Shown: positions 32,463 to 45,891 of the stretch, piece after piece
How the letters are laid out: every line of letters begins with the position of its first letter
How positions within the stretch are numbered: the stretch's first letter is position 1
Made by a program: the position numbers and the translations under genes
Assembly (NCBI GenBank): GCA_946965045.2
Contig: OX337228.1
Location: 744,001 to 808,000 of the forward strand
DNA: 64,000 nt
Reading direction: 5' to 3'
From: Epithemia pelagica
Lineage: Eukaryota; Protista; Bacillariophyta
Notes under the pieces: model-generated
What the model saw: only the letters and a program-made list of their open reading frames with translations
Database searches by the model: none
Told to the model about the DNA's origin: nothing

Positions 32463-33659
32463 TCACACCAACCACGCAAAAGAAAGAATGGAGCGCTACT
32501 AATACAACAAGAGGAATTGCTGGGTCCAACCCACAAACTGTCGCTTGCGAGTCTTCAAAGTACAAAGGCTTTCCGAAATCGATTGCCAGAGAAACAGAAA
32601 CCAACGTGTGTTTTACGTTCTCTCTTCCAGTCTTCCAGTTCAAAACAAGAAGGACTTTAGGGGAAAAGCACACAAAAAGAAGAAGAAGAGCCTATTGTCG
32701 TAACTGGAATCCTTCTCCTGTCAATCAAATCGATTCAAGGAGGACAGAAAACAAGGAGTAAGGTTACTCCACAATTGACACAGAGAACTTGAACAACAAC
32801 AATTCATGGAATCTCGTCCACCGCCATTGTCACACACACCTCTCTTCGAAAACCTTTTGCTCGACGCGCGCGCCACAGGTGCGTTTGGAAACCGGGAATG
32901 AATCTTTCGCGTGACTGAAAGATGAATCTGTGGCGTTCTGTATTCTCAATCATTATATAAAGTTTTAGACATGTATGTATTTCTCTCGCTGAGACGTTTT
33001 ATGTATCTCCGGGTCATTGAATCATATCAAGGAACTATGTAAGGAAACGGAGGAATTCATGCTATTGGATGTTTTATGCACCATAGCTATAGGGTGGAAA
33101 ATAGGATAAGGAAAAAAATGTTCCTAATTGCGTCAATGGAAGATTGTATCGAAGCCTCTTTGACTCCAAGCGATTGGATATGAAACTCCGAGAGTTTCTA
33201 GACACAAGATTGTTCGTTCCCAGGGTGGATACTGTTGGTGCGGATGGTCAATGAATTCCACAGACAGTCCGATCCCCTTTCGACAAGATGCTAGGAGTAT
33301 TCTTTGTGGATCTGCCACAGTTACAAAGCAGGCCAAAGCATATTTGAAAGGCATTCGCCATATTGCAGAAGTGGACCGACTTGGGTTCGAACCCGTTTCT
33401 TCGTGGCAGAACGTCTTGAGCGCATCCCATCGAATGTCGGTGTGTGATCAATCGACGAGTGTAGTACAGTCACGATTCATACCGGTCAAGACCATTGCAA
33501 GTAGGAACAGGCGCGTGATTCGCAAGACAATGAATGTCGTGCGTGTGTGCCGAACCAAGCGTGCACAACAGTTACACTATAGCCATGACAGGGAGTGGAT
33601 GCGCAAACAGCACTCTTGGTAGCGCATGGTTCGGGTTGTTCCCATACAACGGAGGGGTC

Positions 33660-36600
33660 TCATCCTGTCAGTTTGGTGGTTGCCATTGTTGGAACCACAT
33701 TCAAAAAGGTGCATTGGATTTGGGGAGGGCAAAACAAAGGAGGAGTCCTTCCGTTCCCGTCCTTGACCTGAGACGAAATGGAATGGGCAAAGCGTCGAGT
33801 CGTTTCGGATCCCAGTAGCACCAAGGTATTGTGACGCACATGAACCCGTTGCGGTGCCAAGGAAGCAGCAGTGCCCGAAAGAGCAACAACAGCCTCCGGG
33901 TTGTTGGTGGAGTGTGGATCCAATTCCAAAACACGATCGCCTCCCAAGAACAAGGCCGCCACAAAACTTTTGGATTGCAACTCCAACAACCTTGACGGGT
34001 CTTGCGAAGACGACGACGACGACAGGGCGTGGATGGATTCCTTCTCTGTCAACGATCCGGCCCATGCCGTGCTCATCGAGGCGCCGTGTCGTTGGATTTG
34101 ACACATGTTAAATGCGTGTCCTGTTTGCGATTCGGCCAGGCACTGGACTCGTTTCATCACTTCGGAAAAGCCACGCATGTGGCATTCTTCCTCCAAGTTC
34201 CAGGGTTGCAAGGAGCCCTCCTCCGCACGAAGATATAGTGGACATTCGCGGTTATTCTCGGGATGCGTGGACAAAGCTGGGCGCCTGGATGGCATGGGTT
34301 CATGAATGTGACTGGAGAAGGAAGAAGTACTGAACAGAATGGTTTGAAACAATTCGGTAGCCTGTGCCTTGTCCAGGAAATCAGGAATAATGACAGAATC
34401 TCCCGCACCAAAACCCGAGAGACGCCCAATGGCATCAAATTCCAAGAGACACGTACTGGACTCTTCTTCGCTCACGACACTGGCATCCACTTCGCTCTCG
34501 GACGGCAACAACAGACTGTCATGGGTAGGTTCCGTCGTGTGGTCCACATCCATACCGTAGCAGGGATCTGGAGACACGACACTGGCAATCGTTTGATCCT
34601 TATGGAGCAAGACGGAATAGTACGTTTGCAATTTTTCCAACGTCGCAGCTAGTTGAGACTCATCAATTTGAGTCGTCCCGTTACTGCTCAAAATGACATT
34701 GTATCCATGATTGGATGCCGATCGGACAGTTGCCGCAACCGAGTGGTTGGTGGAAACACCACACACAACCAAGTGCTTGACTTGAAGCCGTTGCAATTGA
34801 CCATGGAGAGTCGTCCCCATAAAGGCGGAATACCATTCCTTGATGAGGACGACATCTTCTTGACTGTTTGGATGACCGTCATTGGCACATGCCATGACCT
34901 GTTTCACAACGTCGGGATGAAATTCGGCACCCGTGGCACTTCTCGCATCAGAATTCGAGTCTCGCGGATGTAATCCGCCACTCTGTGTCGCTGCTGCGGC
35001 TTGACGTCGCTTGGAGGAAGACGGCGACCAGGCACCATAACGGGATTTGAGGAAGAAGACAACGCCACCCATGCTCCGAACTTGATTGGCCAAGTCTCCA
35101 ATCCGTTCGAGCAAGGCAGCTCGACGCGGTGCCATGGAAGCGCCCATTTGACACAAGAAAAAGGAGGGATCGTCATCACCCAAAAAGTCATTTTGCAGGT
35201 CCAAGGCCAACAGGGCAATGCCATTGTGATGCGAAACACGCTTGCGTGATCCATAACTGCGTTTGCTGTTCGTACTCTGGTGTGTGCGCAATGACGCCGA
35301 AGGGGAATCGGGTGCCTTGTGGATCCACCGTTTCGACAAAACGCTACTCGACTCATCATCATTAGTATTATGCTCATTTTTGAATGCGACCTTTTCCCGA
35401 TATCTGGCAATGGTTCGAATCAACGAGTTGTCATTGACATCCAGCAAACGAATTGCATCCCTGTCCACGGTACTTTCTACACCTGCACTACAAACCTTGG
35501 ATAGCGACGTACATGCCGATGGCCGTCGAGATGCTGGAACAACTGGGAGATTGGACCAGTCCGAGGCCTCGTTCTTTGGATTCTCATGCACAACATGTAA
35601 AGAAACTTGCTTGTCTTCTTCTTCGTCGTCGTCGTCATCCATGTAGGTATGGTCGGGAGTCAGGGTTGTTGTAATGGTGGTGGTATCCGAAGTGGAGGTG
35701 GAAGCTTGACTCGAAGAATCCTCCTCCGAAAACACGACAATCGGACGACGAGCCAAGGGTTTGGACATGTTGCGCAACGATGGGGAACTACTCGTCCGTT
35801 TCTTCTTTAGTGGAGAATCCACGCCGACACGGTGGTCCCTGTGGGGCAACCCCGGTGGGTTAATGACGTTGGTGTTGGGTGGTTTCGGGATCACGTCCTG
35901 CGCGGTTGTAGTAGTCCTACTCCGAAACGACCGCACGGGTCGATTCCCGTCCCCACTTCGAATGCGACCCAGGGCCACTCCGGCCAACTGCGTCAAGGTG
36001 GTGCTGGTCGTACTGGCAGCCTTCGTGGACGACGACGACGACAAGGACCGTGGCAGCTTTTGCTGTTTCGGTTTCGGTTCGATCGAGTCGTCGAGAGGCT
36101 GGTGCTGGTCCATATGGGGAGTGGCGGGAGTCTTGGAGACCGTGGTGTCCTTCGGATGGGCGGTGGGAAACGCGACTTGCGTGCTCTTGCCCGTGGAAAC
36201 TTCTTGTTCGTTTGTGGTTGTTGTCGTGTCCTGGTCTTGTTCGTGGAGCAAGGGGAGTGTATGGGCCACGGTCGTCACATACTGAAAGGGACAAACGGAA
36301 AAGCCGGGTTGGTAATAATAGGAGGAATCAAAATCGGCTCGTCCCTGTTCCAACAAAAAGGCTGTCTTGAGTCGTTGCCGGGCCACCAATTCCTGCGTCG
36401 CCGGAATGGACCATGGAGCCGTTTGACGACCACAACTGTGATTCTTTGTAGTGTATTGCTGTTGTTGTTGTTCCTCCAGGGCTTGTGCCAAGGTGGCACA
36501 GGGCGCACCCTTGCCAAAAATGGTTCCCGTCGATGCATGTTGATATGTGGCGACTTGCCGAAAGGTGATGCAAATATAGTACTCATCGTCGTCCTTGTTG

Positions 36601-38379
36601 TGGTCGTTGTCATTCTGCTGGTCATGGAGAGGAGAGTGCACCGACGCTGGTGGTTCTGCGACAACAAGTTCATGGGTCATGAGACGATTGGTTTCTGGAC
36701 CTACCACCAGAATGGATCCCATGGGAATTTGCGCTTCCACGAGGGACATGGAAGACAAAGACGTCATGGCGGATGATAAAGATGCTTCCGACGAGGCCAC
36801 CTTGCTGCTGCTGCTACTCGTGGAGGTGGCAGTGTTGGTTGGAGTTGAAGGAGGAGCATTGCGTTTGGGTCGCAATCGGAGAGTGGTGCATGTGGTGGAG
36901 GAGGAGGGACGGGCCAAAACCACCATGGCCACGGCCGAATCCTCCACCAAATCCAAGGTGGGACAACATCGTTCCGCGACAACAAGAGTGGTACTGGTCG
37001 GCCCATCACTACGACGAATGCGAGTCACGACGGCATGATTCCACAAGGCAGGTGGCACCTTCATGACATGAGCCACATGGTCCCGCAGTGCTTGCATCGT
37101 GGGTGTCCAGGACGTGAGCGGCGGTTGATACTCCACGGAACCGTCGCTGTGTGTATATAAAGAGTGTGAATCAAGAGGTATCCAGAGTGTGCCACACAGA
37201 ACCAATCCAACCAAACCAAATGTAAGAGAGAGACACAGGAATAGCAATAGTAGTGAAGCAGCAGTAGAATTTGGATCGACGGGGTGAGAGGACGAACCCA
37301 ATCCAATTCCGGGTGCAATCGTACTACTCGAGAGACACACACGTTTGTTCTCAACGGAAGAAACGTACGCACCGATACAAAGGTTCCACTTCTCCTCCTG
37401 GTTGCTGATGAATAGTGCCTTGGACGACCATCCATGGGTGTTCTTTGGATTGTTGTTGGTGTGGTCGCGCCAACTTGTGGTTGGTTGTTTTCTTGTGGGA
37501 CCTGCCAGAGGACGACGGTAGTTCGGTCCAAGACGGTTGCAATTCGTGCGCCAGGAGGTCGTACCAATCCTGCTTGGTTTGGTGGTTGTGATGATTGGGA
37601 GGAGCATGGCGAAACTGCCAACAATCGTAGACAATGGGTTCGGGAACGGCCCCCAATGGCAGTTGTGATTGTTGTTGTTGTTGTTTGGGTGGTTGTGGTG
37701 GCACTGTCTGCTCTGGAACCGTGCTCCTCCTCCTAGTACTACGACTACTACTCGTGTCCATGGGAGGGACACTTGGTGGTGGTGGTGATGATGATGCGCA
37801 GGCTTTCAAGGGCGGTCGGTCGATTGTATCTGGGCCAGTCGGCGGCGCTTGCGGTGGTGGTGGTGGTGGTGGCCCTGGCTTGTGGTTGTGGTTCCCAGTG
37901 GAACGGCGAACCCCTACCGGTGGTGGTGGTGGTGGACCCGCATGGATTCGACGACCGTGCCGAAACGAAGCAACGGGGGTGGCATGGGTTGGAGAACCTC
38001 GTGGAAAAGGATGTCGAGGTGGTTTGGTGGGGAAGGTCGCTCCTACTCGACTCGTCGTTGTGCGTGTGGTTGTGGTGCTTGTGGGTTTGGAACGGCTGCT
38101 CGTTAATGGTGGCAGTGGTACAACAGAAGACGACTGTGGTGGGTGTCGTGGTCGTCGACGAGGTTCGGGGAGAAAGAATCGTGGTGGTGGTTGCGAGTTG
38201 CAACCACCCACCAAAGAATCATTGGCAGACTCGGCAGGAACCGATTCTTCCTTCTGTTTCGTTGTTTCCGTCGTCTGTACCAATACAGGGGAGGAAGAAG
38301 AAGAGAAACATGTCGTCGTCCTCCATGGAAGTGTCGTGGTGGTGGTGGGTGTCGTTCGGATGGGGTCGTAGAGACGCAT
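33660..38379 (-). CDS. Multidomain protein: AlkB-like 2OG-Fe(II) domain + isochorismatase-like domain + second degenerate AlkB-like domain; join(38379..37373, 37146..33660), ~1497 aa
   Basis: Intron GTGCGT...ACAG restores YRDGSVEYQP. Isochorismatase motifs LALDLQNDF, IKEWYSAFMGTTL, VVCGVSTNHSV; AlkB-like segments (ICITFRQV..; GFGAGDSVIIPDFL). Confidence 0.75.
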
Positions 38380-39247
38380 GGTGGTTCGTTCCGACGACTC
38401 TCGAGGTGCTGGACACGGTCAACCAGAGGAGTTGAGGATGATGGACGTGGAAGACTTGATCATTCCGTTGGACAATCCACAATTCGTTTCGAACGTAACG
38501 ACGTATAAACAAAGACTATTGAAACGCGATCACGATGATGGTTGTACACGCTCTTCACAAGATCCACGATACTACCGGTAGATGCAGTTTGTTGGAACGA
38601 ATGAATGAGGCCAATCGTAAGACAGGATTCGACAGGATATGTATACTAATAATCAGAGAGTGGACGAGTACGCGCAAAACTGTCCCGTTTGGAATTTTGG
38701 AAAGGGCGGAACGGGGACCGAGGTCAACAGTACCACTATAAAGCTTGCAGTACTCCGTCCGAACTCCAAACCTTCCCTCCACAACAGCACGGTCGACGCG
38801 CGCGCCTTCGGATTCTCGTACTTAGCATCATCACGAATTACATACGATTATCAAAGAATGACCAAGACCAAACAAGACACCGATCCGTGGAGGACGAGAA
38901 AGTCCCTCCCTGAAAAGTTCCCTGTCTCATTTTTTCAGATGTACGTGTGAAACGAGACTTTCGAGAGTCTCACGTGTTGGACTTTGCGGAGAACAAAAAC
39001 AGAACCAAAACGATGATAGCGATCTCAGCCTCACGTCGCACAGTTCGGGCGTGGGGAGTGTCACCGCCCAACGAGACGACCAACTAACGAACCGCACACT
39101 CCAACCGGGTTTTGAGTGGACGCTCCAACGTTTGTGTTGCAGGAACGGCCTTGAGATACACATAAAAACCAGTGTGGTTCACTCCGTGGTTGTGAATAGC
39201 TGGTGATTCCCTTCCTGCACATTCACATCCCATCCTTCGTATCGACC

Positions 39248-41856
39248 ATGACGACAGTAGACCCGCCACGAAACAAGAAGCCACGAGAGTCCCCGTGGAC
39301 CATCGATACGGCCGTGACTGACACTGGAACAGAGAAAGTCTCCGTTCAAGTCTACGACGAGAATGTAGTCACGGCACTCCAACAAGAAATGGACGTGCTC
39401 CAAGACAAGGACGGCACGAACTCCCTGGCGGAATGCTTTGGTCAGTGTGTGACTTATTTTGGGGGAGACAAGAGCCAACGAGTAGTCGAGATCGCGATGG
39501 AGTTTGACTGTGGTGGTGGAGACAAGAGTAGCGGCCAGGGTCTCTCCAGTCCCAAAGAAGAAGCTTGTGAAAAGGTTGTAGCCTCGGATGGTGAACTTAC
39601 CGTTGGCCAAGCAGTGAAAGAACTGAAGAAAATGGTGGCCAAAGAGGAAGGCATCTCTGCAGGCATCGTGTACAGGCGAGTTGGAGAACATGATACGCTG
39701 ACAGTCTCTGTCATGCAAATGGGCGGAGAACCGGCAGTACATTGGGATACAGAATACGAAGGCACGGGCAAGGAGTCTGCGTCCTTCGTCACCCTAAATT
39801 TCAAACGTTCTGAGCCCATTACAGTCCGTCCTGTACAGAATACCAGCTACTCAGGGCAACTCAAGATACATCAGGTATTGTGGGAGTAATCCAAGCCCAA
39901 ACAGACAAAACAGTTACAAACACTTTGATTGATGGAATGCCAGTTTGGCCACTCAACCACGAGTATGTCACCCCGTCTCATAACAGCCTCGGTGGCTTCT
40001 TTGAAGATGTTGTAGCATCTGACAAGAATTGGACAGTGGTTGTGGCTGGTGAGAGTGGTAGTGGTAAGACTGTTTTGGCATGCACGGCACCATCCAAGTT
40101 CGGCTATGCGACGTTGTACACAAAAGTGGGTGAAGAGGAAATCAAATTAAAGCCCGGAACTCTCCTGTTCCATACATGGCGAAAGCTGCTCCAAGCGGCA
40201 ATGAACGTTGTCCAAGAAGAAAAACGCCCGCTGCCCCAGGGAATGTTGAAATTCAAGTCAGCGCTGAACATTTATCGGAATCAATGGGCACGGCAAGTCC
40301 TGCTCTCTGTGATTGGTCGGGCTGTCGAGCATGACAAAACATTGGTGGAATGGTGGGGTAGATCTAAGCATGGGTTGGAACCCTCTTTGGAACAGGCTCC
40401 AGAGAAACTTGCGATTGTTATCGACGAAGCCACGGATCTTGATTTGGCTAAGGGAATTGTGGACATTGGCCGCCAATTCTGCCGCGATTTTGCATCCTTA
40501 GCGACGGAAAAGAAGATTCGATTAGTTGTTTGTGGCACGGGGCTAGACGATCTAGACGCTGCAACAGAGAAAATTGCCACAGACGAATCGAAGAGTAAAA
40601 CAATCATTGTGCAGGGGCCCAACATTGAGAGAGTGCTGGAATCGGAAAAGCTATTTCGTGTTCCTCTGAACCAGGTCTTTGATCAGAGCCGTATCGCGAA
40701 AGCTCTGTCATCCAATACCCGCATGCTTTTTCGTGGGCTTCTCACGACACTTTTGCTCGACATGCATTTCCGTGACTCTCTAGCGAACACGCGAGATTCA
40801 TCGAATTCTGCTGTGGTCGGTCGGCTTGTTGAGCTTTGCAATACTCCGGCGTTTATCGGCTATGCTGCACGTTTGTACATTGGCAGCAACAGTGTCAAAA
40901 ATCTAGCTCTATTGGACGAGGCCTTTGTATTTCACCTCTTGTCCGAGACAAAGGGTTTGGACAATGATTTTGTGACGATGGTGAAGGGAACGGAAGCTGC
41001 CAAGCGAAGGGAGGTCAAACCAGATGCAATCTTTCACAGGGGACTGGCCCGAAGAGGATCTACATCTGCAGCTTTGCGATATCTCTCGTGTTGTGGGTTG
41101 TCCTGTCCTATAGACATGGCAAGAGGTGCCGACTTTGAAACTCTTGTATCTTTTCATCTGTCGCGTGTCATGCAATTGCAGGGTAAGACTGTCTCCCGCC
41201 TTGAGCTCAAAGAGGCGTGGCCTCGACCGAGTGGGGGCGGAAAACTCAGCCTGAAACGAATCCAGCGTCTGAGAGAAAATCTTCGAGAGATGCCAAAGGG
41301 TAGTCGCCAGAATGATCACATCAAGGATATGCTGGGAAAAGCAAATGGATGCATTGTCTTTCTTCAGCGGTACCCGATGGCTCAGGGCCCCGACATATTT
41401 GTTGTTTTTGTTGACGGAAGGAAACTTGTGATTCATGTTATTCAATGCAGGCACTTGAGGGTACTCCCCGAATTTGCAGCAACGAACACGTGGTGGAGTT
41501 CGCTCGGGGTTCATGTATCTGGGAGTGGGGAAAATCTCAAGTGGAATTGTGACCGAACGTGCCTCTGCCCCGCGGCATGGGCAAAAGTCGGAATTGAAGG
41601 ATTTGCGCAACACCTTCTAAGAGTGACAGGCCTTGACGAGTATACGATCCAAAAGAGGGTGATGGCAACTTCCCAGCCCTATCACGTCATGGAGGCACAC
41701 ATTCCCATTAACAACGACCTTGGTTGTCAATTCCTTTCGTTGGAGATGTTGCAGCCTACGTACTTGGTATTTTCTCCGGAGTACAGGTCAATAACTGAAG
41801 AAGAAGCATACATCGAAACCATTCATGGTTCTAGTTTGTCGTCGGACAATGAATGA
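39248..41856 (+). pseudogene. Crinkler/RHS-like P-loop NTPase + PD-(D/E)xK nuclease, copy A; 1-nt frameshift at ~39835 (downstream 39880-41856 frame intact)
   Basis: Walker A VVVAGESGSGKT, Walker B LAIVIDEATD, C-terminal GPDIFVVF...VIQCRH. cctgtacaga vs cctgtaacaga in copy B explains the split. Confidence 0.7.
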
Positions 41857-42464
41857 AGAAGTTGACTATCACCAGCAGTGACCAAGTGTATTTCCACGCC
41901 TCCATATAACATAAAACGAGACTTCCTTCTAGATAACATACGTAGTGGGTAGGATGGCTTGTCGTTGTGGAAAACGAAGTTGTCCGTGATAGATGGTCGG
42001 GGAGATTGTAAATCATGCGGCCGTTTTGGACCAGTGAGGCTCGAAAGGGAGTTGCGGTCTCGTTGTTTTGTTCCAATGGCACGACGCCTTGTTCGGGACC
42101 TCTACGGATACATTCATTTGCAAGAGTCGTTGGAATATGGTCGAGACTCGGCCGCTGACACGGGCTCGTTTCGCGATCGAGTCGGCGGATGTTCCAATCT
42201 CATCGTCGATGTTGCTGCCGTCAGTGTCAGTCGCCGTGTTTGAACTTTTCCGCCTATTCCCCCAGAGGCTCATCCGCAAGATACTGTTGCTGTGATTCTG
42301 AATCGAGCTGCATCATATCATCATCGTCATCATCGCGATCCAGCCGTGCCGCCTCTTCCTTCCCAACGACTTTGGTGCTACCATATCATCATCCTCAACT
42401 TCCTTTTCTGCTGATTCCTCTGCCGATTCTGAGTGTCGTTTCAAATTTGGAAGGACTGAAATCC

Positions 42465-42830
42465 ACAGTCAGTACCGTCCAAAGTCCAAACCCCAAACGC
42501 TCCCTTCACAACCGCATGGTCGACGCGCGCGCGTTCGGATTCTTGTACTTTGCAGCAACCATATGACACTCCTATCAAATAACGTTTTCCAGCATGGCTC
42601 GCGAAGAGACCAAGACCAAACAAGACACCAATCCTTTGAGGGCCTCTCCCTGTCTCATTTTTTCAGATATACAGCAAAGGCAGTGACGTGAAACGACTTT
42701 GACCTCCTATCTATTACCTCGTTTCACGTTTTGGACTTTGCGGAGAACCAAAACAAAACACAACACAACAAGATCATATTCTCAACGCCAGCCTCACGTC
42801 GCACATTTCTGGCGTGGGGATTGCCCATTG
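42465..42830 (+). repeat. Third, orphan copy of the ~350-bp module found upstream of the NTPase-REase genes
   Basis: GGTCGACGCGCGCGC, ACCAAGACCAAACAAGACACC, CCTGTCTCATTTTTTCAGAT and GCCTCACGTCGCACA are shared with 38745-39060 and 46185-46510. Confidence 0.85.
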
Positions 42831-43323
42831 TCACACTCTTGGGGTTCGAGCGATTCATCACAGCGCTCTCCGTGGTCCCTCCTTCCGACTGCAACAACGA
42901 CTGAGGGTTGTTTCGGGAGATGCTTGTGATCCGATTCTCAGCCAGACGACGTTCTTTTCCCGCTTCCAAAAGTTGGTTCTATTCGTCTTGTGGCGGTGCT
43001 CATGTTTGGAATATCTTATTGTTCCGACCTAGTCTTTTACGTTTGGACCTTGGTTTGCCCCACTGGCATTCCAAAGTGCCACTTTTCTGGTCCACAAAAC
43101 ATTGAGTCCAGGTACGAGGAGTGTTCTACCTACAATACTAGATAGTCAAGGCATATACGAGAGAGTCAATACCTATAGTGCCTGGGTCAACCGTGCCACA
43201 GTAGTAATAGTAGGCAATACACTTTGCGAGTCAATACCAATGACAATGACAGTGCCACATGTGGTGATTAGAGAGCAAACACAAGAACTGTGTTATTAGT
43301 TGCAATGGATCGTTCATATATGC

Positions 43324-44439
43324 TCATTTCATTGCATTGAGATATTTGGGGTACAACGCAGGGGTTTCTTTGGACCAAGTCAGTAAGCGTGCAAACATTG
43401 CTGAGTTCTTCTCCATTAATGGAAGAACTTCACCACAACAGTCTCCTTGGATCCAACCAATCATGGTAATTCCATGTGACAACAGCAACATGTTTGCCAA
43501 CAACGACGCCCCTGTTGGTGGTGGTTTTGGAAGACTCCACAGAACATTTATCTGAGGGTCAAGGACAAGCACAGTCTTCAGGCATTGCACAACAAGGCAT
43601 GATCCCATGCTTATCACGGAGGCGTACACACCATTGGTGTGAAGGAACAAGTCCGGGTGTTCGTGCCAGCAAGAAGTCCACTCCGATGGACCAGATGCAT
43701 TTGCATTTTTGACTGCCCATTCTTCATCAAACTCCCAAGATTCGACCGACTCTACTAGTGCCATGTTTTCTTTCATTCCACCAACGGCGTAGATTCGAGA
43801 GCCAATGGCGGCCATTCCAAAAAAGGTTCGAGTTTGGTTCAGGCATGGACCCAAAGTGACAGTATGCTGGCCGTTTGCGGCCGCCGTGTCAATGATCTGT
43901 ACCTCCGACGTAGTAGTACCATTACTATTTTGAACGCCATGGACAACGATAAAACGATCCCTCACAGCTGTAGCAGAACATCCGGCTGCGTTAAAGAACA
44001 ACCGACATTTTAATTTGGTCCACAGTTTCTTGTCTTGGAGATTAGGATTGGTTGTTGTTTGAAACAAATCTGGAATGTCAATCTTCTCAACACTGCGAGC
44101 TGTGCGACTATCCGGACTCCCTCCAATAGCATATAGCCTCCCATTGCAGACAACGCCAGCATGGCAAGCTCGTTTCTTGTTCATTCTGGGTCCTTCACGC
44201 CATTGTGGATTTTCATCCCCAACATTGAGATAGAATACTGAATCAACATGTTCAGGAGAAGTGTATCCTCCAAACACAACAACATGCTCTATGTCAGGAT
44301 TGTCAATATTGCGAACAACAACAGAGGCATAATTGACAGCCAGATCTCCCGGTAGCTTTGGCCATTCCAATTTCTGCCATTGTGGCTTCTCATGGAGGAA
44401 CCCAAGTCCGGACAAATAGGCTTGCTGTTGAATTGACAT
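43324..44439 (-). CDS. Kelch-repeat (beta-propeller) protein
   Basis: VVVFGGY...W.EGPRMNKKR, GRLYAIGG, DRFIVVHG, SRIYAVGG...W repeats. Confidence 0.85.
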   Translation of the reverse strand: MSIQQQAYLSGLGFLHEKPQWQKLEWPKLPGDLAVNYASVVVRNIDNPDIEHVVVFGGYTSPEHVDSVFYLNVGDENPQWREGPRMNKKRACHAGVVCNGRLYAIGGSPDSRTARSVEKIDIPDLFQTTTNPNLQDKKLWTKLKCRLFFNAAGCSATAVRDRFIVVHGVQNSNGTTTSEVQIIDTAAANGQHTVTLGPCLNQTRTFFGMAAIGSRIYAVGGMKENMALVESVESWEFDEEWAVKNANASGPSEWTSCWHEHPDLFLHTNGVYASVISMGSCLVVQCLKTVLVLDPQINVLWSLPKPPPTGASLLANMLLLSHGITMIGWIQGDCCGEVLPLMEKNSAMFARLLTWSKETPALYPKYLNAMK

Positions 44440-44925
44440 GCGGATGAAAATGGATCACTTAAATTCAGTGTGTTCTACCTTGAGTACAATCACTGCTTCA
44501 ATTTTGTGTCTTCCACCTTGAGTACAGGCTTTGCGTTGACCGAGTGATGTAGTCGAAGACCGCGACGGTCTTGGATACGGCGTGGATGCCTGCGTCCACG
44601 ATCGTGAATTGTTCACACATACAAAACCAGAGGGTATCTCATAACAATTTGACATAGAGGGCACGTTTCCCCTCGTTCGTCCATGGATCAACGTGGAAGC
44701 ACTATTTCTTGAAAGGAATTCAATACACGGGTCCTGCTAACTCGGAAGCTTTTTGGAAGATGGCACGATCCAGCAACCAAACTCGACAGACTGATGTATC
44801 TAAGTAGCGCCGTCTGTCTCAACCTCCCTCGGACTACCAGAATGCGATTATTGGCAAACGCGCCTCCGCGGAACGATATTGTCATTGTCATCACGGTTGT
44901 TTCGTTTGTTGATTGACGGATTACA

Positions 44926-45891
44926 TCAATTGAACGGCCGGTGCGACCTTGACGGTGAGGGTTCGTCGATCGTAGTTGCTGCGTTGCATGGCCACACTGT
45001 GTCCGACGCATTGGTTTCCCCCCGGACATGGGTGACCAAAATATCGCGCAACAAGAGTGGATTGACTTTGCGTCCCGTCCCCTTGAAGCACGATCGCGAG
45101 ACACGTTGAAAAATGGAATCGCTCGTCATGGGTTTTCCCGTCCGAGATTGAACCAACAAACAATTGGTCAAGGGTTCCAAACAGGGTCGCCAGTGCTGGA
45201 CAAAGTCATCCAAGGCTGGTGTCAGTTCGGCCGCCAAATGCAAGGCGGGACGTTCCCCATAGTGTTTGCCTGTCTTGTAATCTTCCGGTCCATGCTTGAC
45301 CATCCAATCACCCGTTGTACTATCCTTGAGCAACGTTCGGCCAACTTCCAGTTCTCGAATGGTCCGTTGTCGATCGGGAATACTCGCAAAAATGGCCAGA
45401 ATGAGGTATCGTTGATAGGCCTCGGCGACACGTTTTGCGGCACTCTCTGCTCTGGAACCGTCCTCGTTCTGGTACCTCGGAATTCGACGGCCTTGTGGAG
45501 CATGCCCGGAAACCGCACGGGTGGTGGCATGCGTTTGAGAAACTCGTAGCGAAGAATGTCGAGTTGGTTTGGTGGCTGTGGCCGCAACTCGACGGCTCCT
45601 GGGCAGTGGTGCCGAAAAAGACTGTGGGGAATGTCGTGGTCGTCGACGAGGTTCGGGAAGGAACAGTCGTGGTGGTGGTGGTTGCGAGTTGGAACCACCC
45701 AACGAATCATTGGCAGAATCCGTAGAACGCGATCCATTCTTTTGGTTCTACAGTGTGTGCATGGTTCTCGTGGGTTCGGTCCTTTGTACCAATACAGGGG
45801 AGGAGGAGGAAGAAGAAGAGGAACATGTCCTCGGCCTCCATGGAAGTGTCGTGGTGGTGGTGGGTGTCGTCCGGACCGGGTCGTAGAGACG
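44926..45891 (-). pseudogene. Chimeric pseudogene: 5' part of the AlkB/isochorismatase gene fused in frame to the recombinase catalytic domain
   Basis: MRLYDPVRTT... start, in-frame TAG at 45748-45750, junction near 45438, then KRVAEAYQRYL...; HxxR mutated to LLLR and the MGHS segment deleted. Confidence 0.8.

Larger units (their letters stand above)
37701..45437. repeat. Tandem segmental duplication, copy 1
   Basis: Same order of homologous blocks as 45440-51997: 5' part of the AlkB/isochorismatase gene, upstream module, NTPase-REase gene, non-homologous slot, 3' part of the recombinase gene. Confidence 0.8.

Noticed and set aside
33130-33720. ORFs 33251-33622 and 33534-33818 as a small gene
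   Set aside because: No recognisable domain; stops in all frames. May be a remnant but cannot be supported.
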